Shown piece after piece: positions 9,774 through 18,954 of a stretch of DNA of 64,000 nt. The DNA is from Candidatus Obscuribacteraceae bacterium. GTDB taxonomy: Bacteria; Cyanobacteriota; Vampirovibrionia; Obscuribacterales; Obscuribacteraceae. Position 1 is the stretch's first letter; the number at the start of each line of letters is the position of its first letter. The stretch lies in NCBI GenBank assembly GCA_044229845.1, contig JBGASG010000014.1, positions 9,047-73,046 of the forward strand, in the 5' to 3' direction. The notes below the pieces were generated by a model. The model was not told where the DNA came from. It was given only the letters and a program-made list of their open reading frames with translations, and ran no database searches. The position numbers and the translations under genes were made by a program.

Positions 9774-11486
9774 ATGAATCAGGTTAGCGTTCTGACCGCT
9801 CAGAAGAGCCAAACACCCGACTCAGCTCGCGAGCGAGCGAGCCAGTCCAAGCAGGCGCCAAAATCGTCTAGGTGGGTTAAAGCCGAGCATTTTCTCTGCG
9901 TCTTGTTCGCCACCTCGATGACCGCTTGGTTGACCTACGCGTCGGTGCACATAGAGTCATTACATCTTGCCAACCATGGGTTCTTCTACGACCCGGCGAC
10001 TTATCATTTTCAACATATCGACCTGTACCGTGCGTGCATTCGCGACGGAGCTTGGCCGACTCTTCTACATGAACTATCTACTAACTCGCGCTGCTTGCTG
10101 CGCACAGTACCCTACCTGTTGTTAGCGCCCTCTGCATTGAAGTCAGTTTTTGCCCATTTGTACACGGAGGTGCCTTTCCTCTGGTCGTTTCTCCTTTTGC
10201 TCACGTTCACCTCCTATTGGCGAACGAAATCTGCTCTGTTGGGCATTTTGCCGGCTACATGTTTTTCGTGCTTGCCCTGTCTCTACAATCCACAGTCCGG
10301 GCTGGGGGCTTTCTGGCTGGATTTGACGGCGTCACTGTCCATGGGTAGCGCAGTCTTGTGCTTGATTCGGTTTGCTGAAACCAAACACGCACGTTGGATG
10401 CTGCTCTTTGGAATATTCGCCTCAGCCACAGCGCTTAGCAGGTGGTCGGCCGCCTCATACTTGCTGCTATACGCACTCGCCGCCGTACCGATAGCCCTAA
10501 TTCAACCGCAATTCCGCATTGGTAGTGTGATTAAGCCGCTCGCGCTGGCACTGCTGACTGCTCTACCTGGACTAGTTTTTACGTTCTACTGGTTCAAGGA
10601 GTGCACGAGTTACTATGCCCATTCCGGATATGCACTAAATTCACCAATCAGCGACTCGTTTGCTTGGGCGTTCCGGACTCTCCAGCTGCAATTGAGCCCA
10701 ATCGCCTCTCTTATCCTGGTTGTCCTAACGATGCTCCATTTAGGGCTGGCGTTCAGAAACCGCACAAATCGCCGAGTTACGCTCATTTCTGTCTGGTTTC
10801 CAGCCGCTGTACTACTCTTTGTTTGTGTCGTTTGCAGAGCGGTCGATGCTTTTCATGCCCTGTTCTACATGGCACCAGCTTTAGTCGTTTCAGCATTTGC
10901 ACCCATATCAAAGGAGCTGGCTGAACGCCATACCAAAGCACTGAAAATCTTTGCAGTCGCATTGATCGTCGGCTCAGTCGTCCTTATTAGTAATGCCTAT
11001 GATGAACAGCGGCGTTTCGCATCTTCGGTAGACCCAGCCAGAACGATCCGCAAGAAGGCCGATGTCGCAATGGCAAAGTTCATTGCCCAAACCCAGGCTC
11101 CCACTTTCATTGAGTTCGACACACAAACGATAATGCCGCATCTAGAGGCGTTTTATGCGCACGGCGTTTACTGTCTGCATCCGCACTGGTTTAGTGTTCA
11201 CCCATTCCACTTTACCGGTCTATATCCGAACAAGACGATCGACCAGATGGCGGCTCGCAACTACTCAGATGTGGACAGAGACGTGGCTCTGGTGGCAGTG
11301 TTTCATAACCCGAACGATGCCTTAGCTCCGGGCTTGTTCAACAATCCGTATAGCTCGCAGGTATCAGCGTATATTTCGGCTCGTGTGCCCAAAGAACACC
11401 AATGGCAGTTTTTAGGTTCGGTTGCTACACCCAATGGGTTGCTCGATGTTTACCACAATAGAGACTTTCGTGGGATAGGATTATGA
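9774..11486 (+). CDS. Polytopic membrane protein, putative GT-C-fold glycosyltransferase (paralogue 2)
   Basis: NHGFFYDPATY, LLRTVPYLL, LYNPQSGLGAFWLD, FIEFDTQT, GLLDVYHNR. Confidence 0.7.
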   Translation: MNQVSVLTAQKSQTPDSARERASQSKQAPKSSRWVKAEHFLCVLFATSMTAWLTYASVHIESLHLANHGFFYDPATYHFQHIDLYRACIRDGAWPTLLHELSTNSRCLLRTVPYLLLAPSALKSVFAHLYTEVPFLWSFLLLLTFTSYWRTKSALLGILPATCFSCLPCLYNPQSGLGAFWLDLTASLSMGSAVLCLIRFAETKHARWMLLFGIFASATALSRWSAASYLLLYALAAVPIALIQPQFRIGSVIKPLALALLTALPGLVFTFYWFKECTSYYAHSGYALNSPISDSFAWAFRTLQLQLSPIASLILVVLTMLHLGLAFRNRTNRRVTLISVWFPAAVLLFVCVVCRAVDAFHALFYMAPALVVSAFAPISKELAERHTKALKIFAVALIVGSVVLISNAYDEQRRFASSVDPARTIRKKADVAMAKFIAQTQAPTFIEFDTQTIMPHLEAFYAHGVYCLHPHWFSVHPFHFTGLYPNKTIDQMAARNYSDVDRDVALVAVFHNPNDALAPGLFNNPYSSQVSAYISARVPKEHQWQFLGSVATPNGLLDVYHNRDFRGIGL

Positions 11487-13171
11487 CCAGCACCACGATC
11501 TCACCGCAATCATCTCTGTCAGCGGAAAGCGAGCCCCGAGCAGCCGATCTTGTGACAAAGTCGCCTCTTGCCGGAACGGTTATGCTGGTGACTCTATCTG
11601 CAATGGCAACTATTTGGCTAACGTTCGCGGGAATCAAAATCGAAGGCGCATATCTGCACAACTATGGATTCTTTTTCGATCCGGCGGCATACTACCTGCA
11701 CAACATCGAAGTGTATCGGCATTATGAGTCCCAGGGGATTCTGTCCACCCTAGCCCATCAGATCGCGCACAACCCTCGAGACCCAGCGCGAATCGTCCCT
11801 CATTTGTTATTTGCACCGCAGTCGTTGATTAGCCTGTGGGGGCACATGTGGACACAGATGCCACTGGTCTTCGCCTTTCTCAGTTTGCTTTCAACAACAA
11901 CTTGGGCCCGTACGCGATCGCTACTTCTGAGTTGTGCGGCGATCGCAAGCTTTGCGTCTATGCCATTTTTGTACGATCCGATGCATGGAGTAGCGGCCTA
12001 CTGGCTGGACTTTACGCCAGCGTGCGCACTGGGTTGCCTTGCCCTTTGTCTTGTCAGATTCTTGATGCGGCCTCATCTCGGGTGGATGTTCTTCTTCGGG
12101 ATTTTTGCATCGCTAGCCGCGTTGAACAGATGGTCATCATCCTTCTACGTCATAGCCTTCGCCGCGTTGGCATTTCCACTTGCCTTAACCGCACAGAACC
12201 GCTCGCAATCAATCGTCAAATGCGTCCTCGTAGCATTCTTAGGAGCAGCACCAGGATTGCTGTTTCTGTTCGGCTTTTGGCAGGAAAACAGCTGGTACTA
12301 CAAAACGTTCGGTTTCGCGTTCGGGGCTCCAATTTCCCAATCGGTGTTATGGACAAGCAAAGCGATCGTCAAAATGATTGGAGCGCCTTTGTTATGCACA
12401 ATTCTAGCGATGTCACTTCTACATCTTAAGCGGCTTAAACAAGAGGCACGCGTAATCGCATTATGCTGGTGGCTTCCTATCTCGATACTGCTGTTTGTTT
12501 GCTGTGTTGTAAAAGCCGTAGACGGATATCATCCGCTCGTTTATTTTGGCCCAGCCCTTGCCGTTTCAGCATTCGGTGCACTTAGAACCCCATCAGAACT
12601 TACTGGGAAATGGCTAGGAGCAACCGTCGCCATCCTGGTGTTGTGCCTTGCTGTCGGAGTGCATTCGTATGAGGTTGCGCGAAAAATAGCCCATAACCCC
12701 TCGCCAGAAGAAACCTTGAAAAAGAAAGCTGACGCGGCTCTGGCCGGGCTCATTATCGAAACAAACTCTCGTTGCTTTACGGAGTTTGATACAGAATCAG
12801 TACGCCCGCAGATGGAAGTGTTCTTCTTTCATAAGCGTTTTTGCAACTGGGTCTCTTATTTCAGCATTCATGAGTCCTATCTAAAATTCATCTATGACAA
12901 TGCGACGCCGCCACAAATGGCAGACCGCGCCTTCAAGCAACTTAAGAACAAAGTGGAACTGGTGGCAGTCTTTGCCAATGCGAGCGATGCTCTCAAGCCG
13001 GGCGTTTTCAATAACCAGTATAGTGCGGCTGTATCAAAAGGAGTGGCGGAACAAGTGGCAACAGACCCGGATTTCCACCTCACGGGGCACGTGCAGGCTC
13101 CCGCCGGATTGCTGGCAGTTTACAAAAACAACGCCTACAAGACTCTAGGCACCACATTGAACCCTAAATAG
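11483..13171 (+). CDS. Polytopic membrane protein, putative GT-C-fold glycosyltransferase (paralogue 3)
   Basis: ATGA overlap with upstream gene; NYGFFFDPAAY, FLYDPMHGVAAYWLD, FTEFDTES, GLLAVYKN. Confidence 0.7.
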   Translation: MTSTTISPQSSLSAESEPRAADLVTKSPLAGTVMLVTLSAMATIWLTFAGIKIEGAYLHNYGFFFDPAAYYLHNIEVYRHYESQGILSTLAHQIAHNPRDPARIVPHLLFAPQSLISLWGHMWTQMPLVFAFLSLLSTTTWARTRSLLLSCAAIASFASMPFLYDPMHGVAAYWLDFTPACALGCLALCLVRFLMRPHLGWMFFFGIFASLAALNRWSSSFYVIAFAALAFPLALTAQNRSQSIVKCVLVAFLGAAPGLLFLFGFWQENSWYYKTFGFAFGAPISQSVLWTSKAIVKMIGAPLLCTILAMSLLHLKRLKQEARVIALCWWLPISILLFVCCVVKAVDGYHPLVYFGPALAVSAFGALRTPSELTGKWLGATVAILVLCLAVGVHSYEVARKIAHNPSPEETLKKKADAALAGLIIETNSRCFTEFDTESVRPQMEVFFFHKRFCNWVSYFSIHESYLKFIYDNATPPQMADRAFKQLKNKVELVAVFANASDALKPGVFNNQYSAAVSKGVAEQVATDPDFHLTGHVQAPAGLLAVYKNNAYKTLGTTLNPK

Positions 13172-13278
13172 CTAGTGCGGACGCGGCATAGCCGGAGTTG
13201 TGGTCTACAAATTCGTCCCAGCAGCACGCAACTACATTACAACCGGTTAAATAACTCTCCGTCGCAACTCGCTATGCT

Positions 13279-14592
13279 TTGGTTGGGAAATCAGTATGTG
13301 AGGTACGTGTGCAGCGCCCCGGCATCACTTATTGGCCGCAGCTGGATGGACTCAGAGCGTTGGCATTTCTGCTGGTCATGTTTCATCATCACTGGGCTCC
13401 TGCAAAGCTTTTTCCCTGGGACTTCATGCAAAAGTCGCTGGTTAAACTGGCTGAGTGGGGATGGCTGGGCGTTGATTTGTTCTTCGTGCTCAGTGCCTTC
13501 CTAGTCACACACTTACTGTGCGCGGAACTATCCCATAAGAGAGATATCTCGCTATCAAAGTTTTACTTACGCCGAGCTCTGCGTATCTGGCCGCTGCTTT
13601 TCCTTGTCTTGACGATCGTTTGTTTTGTCTGCCCACTGTTCGCGCCGCACAAAGCATCACATTTGTACGGCCTATTTCTCACCAACATCGCACTGCCTTT
13701 GTACACTTTCTCCGGTAACTTTGCCCTGTCGGTGCACTTTGGAGACATGCAGAACTATGCCACGGCGTCCGGATTGGATTTCATGTTGTTCGTTACGCTG
13801 TTGTGTCCCTTTTGGTCGCTTTGTATAGAGGAACAGTTCTATCTTTTTTGGGGACTGGTGGTGAAAGCAGTAGGCAACATCCGAACACTTGCTTTTGTGA
13901 CCGCGGCACTCATTGTAGTTGGTTTTTTTGGTCGCCTTTACTTGCTTATCAACCGCGGGGAAGCAGCCTTTACCTGGTACTACATGCATTCTCTTTGGCA
14001 CCTGGATACCATCATGTTTGGTGCCATGCTGGCAGTAGTTTTAAATCGGCGTCCACAGATTTTCAACTGTCTGCGCGCTGGTTGGCTGCCAGCGTTCTTG
14101 ACGGTCTTCGCTATTTCGACTTTTCTAGGTATCGTAAATTTCGCACCGGGCATTGACACTGGCAGTTACTGGTTGGCACCGGTGATGACGACCGTTTCTC
14201 TGACCGGGGCGCTAATGGTGGCATTGGTATTGCACTGGTCACCCCTCTCAAAGCTCATGTCTTCGAAATGGCTCACCGAAATAGGAAAGTTGACCTTCGG
14301 TATGTACGTCTTCCACTATGCGATTATTTGGTACGCGCGTACCTATTTGAACCTGACAGTGACTGGTCTTAACGGAATTTGGAGCCTGATCGTATCGTTT
14401 GCACTCATCTACGGCGCAGCACGTCTTTCTTGGGAAGTTGTTGAAAAGCCCATGCAAAACCTACGCCGCCGATTCGCTTCTGTAGAATACTCAGCGGAAC
14501 AAGCTCAGAACGACCCAAGCGCATCAATTGTGCCAGCCGCACCAAGCAACCAGCTCGAACAATTGGCTCTGAGTACTGGAACAACAAAGTGA
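13279..14592 (+). CDS. Acyltransferase family 3 (OafA-like) membrane O-acyltransferase
   Basis: LDGLRALAFLLVMFHH, GVDLFFVLS, FYLRRALRIWP, WSLCIEEQFY; no fused SGNH domain; start uncertain. Confidence 0.92.
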   Translation: MVGKSVCEVRVQRPGITYWPQLDGLRALAFLLVMFHHHWAPAKLFPWDFMQKSLVKLAEWGWLGVDLFFVLSAFLVTHLLCAELSHKRDISLSKFYLRRALRIWPLLFLVLTIVCFVCPLFAPHKASHLYGLFLTNIALPLYTFSGNFALSVHFGDMQNYATASGLDFMLFVTLLCPFWSLCIEEQFYLFWGLVVKAVGNIRTLAFVTAALIVVGFFGRLYLLINRGEAAFTWYYMHSLWHLDTIMFGAMLAVVLNRRPQIFNCLRAGWLPAFLTVFAISTFLGIVNFAPGIDTGSYWLAPVMTTVSLTGALMVALVLHWSPLSKLMSSKWLTEIGKLTFGMYVFHYAIIWYARTYLNLTVTGLNGIWSLIVSFALIYGAARLSWEVVEKPMQNLRRRFASVEYSAEQAQNDPSASIVPAAPSNQLEQLALSTGTTK

Positions 14593-14598
14593 CACCGC

Positions 14599-15318
14599 AT
14601 GAGTACGGGTATCATAACGGCATTCCGAACTCGGCTATGGAATTGGCTAAAGGGTGCCGAATCTGCGGTGCCACCTGCTAGCGCAGACATTGCTATCAAA
14701 ATTCGCGAGTTGGAAGCACGCTTGGATCAGGTTTCAGGCATTTCCTCTTGTAGGTGCGCAGCGACCAGGGACGTTGCGAATGACTGTGTCTTGGGCTCGG
14801 GCTCGGCGATCGCGCCCGAAGCAGCTATAGAAAATATTCGCAACGACAAAAAATATATCCGCATTGGCGAACACTCTTACATACGAGGTCGCCTTCTCAC
14901 ATACGGTCACGCTGGGGAAATTGACATCGGCGACTGGTGTTACATCGGAGCCCGCACCGAAATCTGGTCTATGTGCAAGGTGACAATCGGGAACCGAGTG
15001 TTAGTCTCACACGACGTCAATATCATAGATGGTTCGTCGCACTCTATGGATCCTCAAGAGCGTCACCAACATTTCAAAGCCATCTTGTTAAAGGGACATC
15101 CGTCGAATCCCTCGGAAGTCCCCGGGATTCAAGCAGCACCAATTGTTATCGAGGACGACGCTTGGATCAGCTTCGGGGTAACCATTCTAAAGGGTGTGAC
15201 TATCGGAGCGCGTAGCATCATCGCTGCTGGCTCAATAGTAACAAAGGACGTACCATCGGACTGCTTATACAGATCCCGGGTGGAACCGGTAATCACGCCA
15301 CTCAGCCAGAACAGATAG
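14599..15318 (+). CDS. Left-handed beta-helix (hexapeptide) O-acetyltransferase
   Basis: IRIGEHSYI, IDIGDWCYIG, VTIGNRVLVS, PIVIEDDAWI, GVTIGARSIIAAGSIVTKDVP. Confidence 0.9.
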   Translation: MSTGIITAFRTRLWNWLKGAESAVPPASADIAIKIRELEARLDQVSGISSCRCAATRDVANDCVLGSGSAIAPEAAIENIRNDKKYIRIGEHSYIRGRLLTYGHAGEIDIGDWCYIGARTEIWSMCKVTIGNRVLVSHDVNIIDGSSHSMDPQERHQHFKAILLKGHPSNPSEVPGIQAAPIVIEDDAWISFGVTILKGVTIGARSIIAAGSIVTKDVPSDCLYRSRVEPVITPLSQNR

Positions 15319-15319
15319 A

Positions 15320-17032
15320 TCAGATCTGCGCCTTGGTTTTAGGGTGCTGAAGTTCTGTGTTTTGGTAAACAGACAAAAGACCGGTAGGACTCGTTACGCA
15401 ACCGACAAATTTAAAACTCGGATCGGCAGCAACCTTCGCGGATACAGCCTGGGCAATGGCTGCACTCAAACGGCTGGGGAATGCACCGGGTTTAGTGGCA
15501 TCCTCTGGCTTAGCGAAAACAGCGACCAACTGAACATGCTTTTTGGTTTTCTTGTAAATGCTCTCGATCATGGCTGCGCGGTCCTGTCCCGGATACATTC
15601 CCTCGAGGTAAGCATCGTATCGGCTAAAGATAGGGAACGCAGAACAGGACCGCCCGGTCTTAAAAAATGACTCCAGGTGCGGGTTGACAGTTTCGTCATT
15701 GAACTGCAAAAACGACTTGGCGCCAGAGCTTACGATCAGGTTTGCCAGACTTTCGTCGCACCGCTTGGCAAGGCGCGCTGCAGGTGGAGCCGCATTTGCA
15801 AATTTGCGGCTGACATCATATGCAGCGGCAATCAAGAATGTTGAGCAGATAAGCAAGAGTGCACTCAGAGCATTAACCACTTTCTGATTCCAATGCCGAA
15901 AATCAATTGGAATCATCGCAGCTACAATTAGTGCCGGACCAAAGTAGACCAGCGGGTGCGTTCCGCTTACCGCTCTTACCACGAGGCAAACAAACAATGC
16001 CAAAGACATCGGTAGCCACAAAGCTATGGACTGCAACTTCAGCTGTTCTTTGTTTTTTGTTTGAACAACATTGACCACCATCAGTGTCAGTAGCAGCGTC
16101 AAAACAGGAACTCCCATAATCCGGACAATCGCTTGCATGGTCCACTCGATAGACTGGCTAAGGGGTGCGCCAAAAGCAAAGCCGTAGGTTTGGTAGTACG
16201 TTCGGTTCAATTCATAGAAAGCGAGAACAAAGACAAGCCCCGGCAATGCCCCGGCAAACATGACAAAGAGCGCTTTCAGCAGTTTCTTACCATCCAGCCC
16301 AAATACGCTCAACAGCGTTAACGGCAAAGCAGCGGCGAGAAAAGAGAGTAGATAGAACGCCGATGAAAATCTCGCGAGAGCAGTTGCCGAGAAAAAAGCC
16401 CCGGTTCCTAGCAGCCAAATCCAATGTCGTTGCTGGCTGTAAGTTATTAAACAGAGTGCAGCGGAACCTAAGCAACATGCAGCAGTGAAGTCCAGCCAGT
16501 ATGCCCCTAACCCCACTCCCGGATCGTATAGAAACGGTAATGCCGCAAACACTGTCATTGTGGAGAGCGAGAACAGCAAATTGCGCGTGCGCAAATAGGC
16601 GACTGAGGACAACAGCGCTAAGAACGCCCATAAGAATGGCGTCTGCGTCCACAGGTGTCCGTCCATACGGACCAGCAGGTCTGGTGCTACTAGCAAATAG
16701 GGCACTGTACGCAGTGGATGCCTGGCATTAAATTGCACTTCCTGCTGGATGGCAGCCCATGCACCGTTCGCTTTCGCATAATCGTGCAGATGGATGTTGT
16801 GGACATAGTATGCGGATGGATCGCAGAAAAATCCGTAGTTGCGCAGATACGTTGACTCAATACGCCACGGCGCGACTGTCAACCAAGTACTGATGATGGT
16901 GGCAACCACCAGAAGCAGGCTAATCACCAGCTTAGACACTGGCGCCGCTGATTCCGCATTTGTACACGATATTTGAGCCTGAGCTTTTGGCATGGCAGGC
17001 GCGAACAAGTGACTCATAGAACCTGTATCCAC
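15320..17032 (-). CDS. Polytopic membrane protein, putative GT-C-fold glycosyltransferase (paralogue 4)
   Basis: NYGFFCDPSAY, PLRTVPYLL, FLYDPGVGLGAYWLD, GLLSVYQN. Confidence 0.7.
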   Translation of the reverse strand: MDTGSMSHLFAPAMPKAQAQISCTNAESAAPVSKLVISLLLVVATIISTWLTVAPWRIESTYLRNYGFFCDPSAYYVHNIHLHDYAKANGAWAAIQQEVQFNARHPLRTVPYLLVAPDLLVRMDGHLWTQTPFLWAFLALLSSVAYLRTRNLLFSLSTMTVFAALPFLYDPGVGLGAYWLDFTAACCLGSAALCLITYSQQRHWIWLLGTGAFFSATALARFSSAFYLLSFLAAALPLTLLSVFGLDGKKLLKALFVMFAGALPGLVFVLAFYELNRTYYQTYGFAFGAPLSQSIEWTMQAIVRIMGVPVLTLLLTLMVVNVVQTKNKEQLKLQSIALWLPMSLALFVCLVVRAVSGTHPLVYFGPALIVAAMIPIDFRHWNQKVVNALSALLLICSTFLIAAAYDVSRKFANAAPPAARLAKRCDESLANLIVSSGAKSFLQFNDETVNPHLESFFKTGRSCSAFPIFSRYDAYLEGMYPGQDRAAMIESIYKKTKKHVQLVAVFAKPEDATKPGAFPSRLSAAIAQAVSAKVAADPSFKFVGCVTSPTGLLSVYQNTELQHPKTKAQI

Positions 17033-17209
17033 TCATTGCGGCTCGCGCAACGAAGTTTTCAAGGACTACAAAGGTAAGCTAGCGGGCTGCCCATGTCAAA
17101 TTTTATTGATCTAAGTGAAATTGAATTTCTGCATGGCTTAGTTAGAGATCAACCACCAGCCCAATGAAAATGTCTTTACTCGGAACTGCCGTACCACCTC
17201 CGAACTCGG

Positions 17210-17218
17210 TGATATCAT
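17210..17218 (+). promoter_or_regulatory. Putative extended -10 element (TGATATCAT)
   Basis: TG-N-TATCAT about 80 nt upstream of the SGNH gene; same motif at 46357 and 51154. Confidence 0.35.
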
Positions 17219-17298
17219 CATGCTTGTAAAGTGACGCGAATGCTGTTCGCCTCGTCCTGAACGCCCCCGCATTCGCGCGATTGGCGCCCTGAGTGATA

Positions 17299-18606
17299 AT
17301 GACCACAACGACGAAAACTAAGCCGCCGCTGAGAGCTGACACTGCAATTGGTGCGAGCCCAGAAGCACTCAGAAACACAACTCTAGTACAAGAGCCCGTG
17401 TTGGGTTTCGCTTGGCTTGGACGATTGTTTGCACCCAAGGCTTTTCTAGTTAGTGCAGTACTCGGGTTTGTGATTTGTTGCGGACTCGGCTACTTAACTA
17501 CTTTGAAAAATCAATATGGCGACATCCCTAGATTCGGCGTCTACGTCGGTCCACAGGCATCGCTTTTCCCAACCGCCAGCCAGCTTCTCGCGTACACCAA
17601 GGCGCATGCACGAGATGACCAAATTCTCGTCGTGGTGGGCGGTAGCTCTGTTATGAATGGCGTTGGACAGTCGAACGAGCAACTTTGGACGAAGAAACTT
17701 CAGCAACGCCTCGGCGACAAGTTTGCGGTTGTGAACTTAGCCATGAGGTCCTGCAGCACGTACGAAGTTGCTTGTTTTATCGCAGAAGCCATGCTCAAAG
17801 AGCACCGGAAAGTCATCTTTGTGACCGGTACTCAGGCAGCCTATGGCTGGAACGTCATTGGACGCCCGCCTTACGCGCACTATTATTGGGACGCCAAATT
17901 TCATGACTTATTGCTCGACTTTCCTGAACGCGACCAAGCGCTGAGAGATTCTGAGAAGGACCTGTCCAGCTTCGGCTGGACACCGGAAAGCCTCACCGAA
18001 CTCAAATTAGGCGAATGGCTAAATTCCAAGCTATATCAGTACGAACTCTGGAACACAGTAGGCTACAGATATTTCTTCACCAGCTACTCGGCAGTGGCAG
18101 CGGGTGCGACAGAACTCAAAGGCGTTTATTGGCCGCGAAAAAAGCTGCCCAAAAACATGGAAGCAGAGGAGACGTTCCCACTTCCGAGCGAAGAATTTGC
18201 AAAAAATTTCTTCCCAACTGTACTCTCGAAGTTTGTTGTCTGGAATGAAAAATCCAAGCAGTGGGAGAAGAAGGTCGACACTTGGAACGCAGCTGAAGAA
18301 ACGCTCCGCACCAATCTGGTGCGGCGGCTGCGCCCACACACGCTTTTGGTATTGAGCTATTACAGCCCATATTTCCGTCACAAGTACCTCACCAGACCAC
18401 AACAACTCAGTGAACAAAAGGCCTACAGTTTGACCCAAGATCTTTTCAAAAAAGAAGGTGTTCGCTCTATTCGTTCTGGAGACGCCTACGATGCAGCAGA
18501 TTTCCGAGATCCAATTCACCTGAGCCCAAGTGGCGGTCAGAAACTCGCGATTGATGTATCAAAAGAGGTCACGGAAATGGCAAAAGAGTTGGGGTATCTT
18601 AAATGA
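17299..18606 (+). CDS. Membrane-anchored SGNH-like protein (DltD-like acyltransferase)
   Basis: N-terminal TM segment, block I VVGGSSV, VVNLAM, C-terminal DFRDPIHL (DxxH). Confidence 0.7.
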   Translation: MTTTTKTKPPLRADTAIGASPEALRNTTLVQEPVLGFAWLGRLFAPKAFLVSAVLGFVICCGLGYLTTLKNQYGDIPRFGVYVGPQASLFPTASQLLAYTKAHARDDQILVVVGGSSVMNGVGQSNEQLWTKKLQQRLGDKFAVVNLAMRSCSTYEVACFIAEAMLKEHRKVIFVTGTQAAYGWNVIGRPPYAHYYWDAKFHDLLLDFPERDQALRDSEKDLSSFGWTPESLTELKLGEWLNSKLYQYELWNTVGYRYFFTSYSAVAAGATELKGVYWPRKKLPKNMEAEETFPLPSEEFAKNFFPTVLSKFVVWNEKSKQWEKKVDTWNAAEETLRTNLVRRLRPHTLLVLSYYSPYFRHKYLTRPQQLSEQKAYSLTQDLFKKEGVRSIRSGDAYDAADFRDPIHLSPSGGQKLAIDVSKEVTEMAKELGYLK

Positions 18607-18806
18607 GCCAAATTCAGGCAGCCGATACGAATTCAACCAGTCGGATGAACCGCGTAAGACCTGTTTTCTTCGCCCTCCCATCCAGCCATCGTTTTACCGG
18701 AATCGCCCTGTCCATAGCCTTAGGACTGGCGGTAGGAATACTCTCGCATTACATTTTATACAGACTCTCCCTACCAGCAAAGCCTTTCATATACGCCGCT
18801 TTCTAA
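18603..18806 (+). CDS. Single-TM microprotein with C-terminal FIYAAF (DltX-like acyl-shuttle candidate)
   Basis: ATGA overlap with the SGNH gene; TM FTGIALSIALGLAVGILSHYILY; ends PFIYAAF-stop. Confidence 0.75.
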   Translation: MSQIQAADTNSTSRMNRVRPVFFALPSSHRFTGIALSIALGLAVGILSHYILYRLSLPAKPFIYAAF

Positions 18807-18954
18807 AAGAAGCCGCAAAACTGCACCATCCCACTTATGAATCATTTCTGAACTCATCTGCATCCGCATAAGAGCAGTAAGACGTAGCTCATGAAAACCC
18901 CGAGATTTGCGATTACTCTCAGGTCAGTGCGCACACTAGTCCTCCGAGGTAGCT

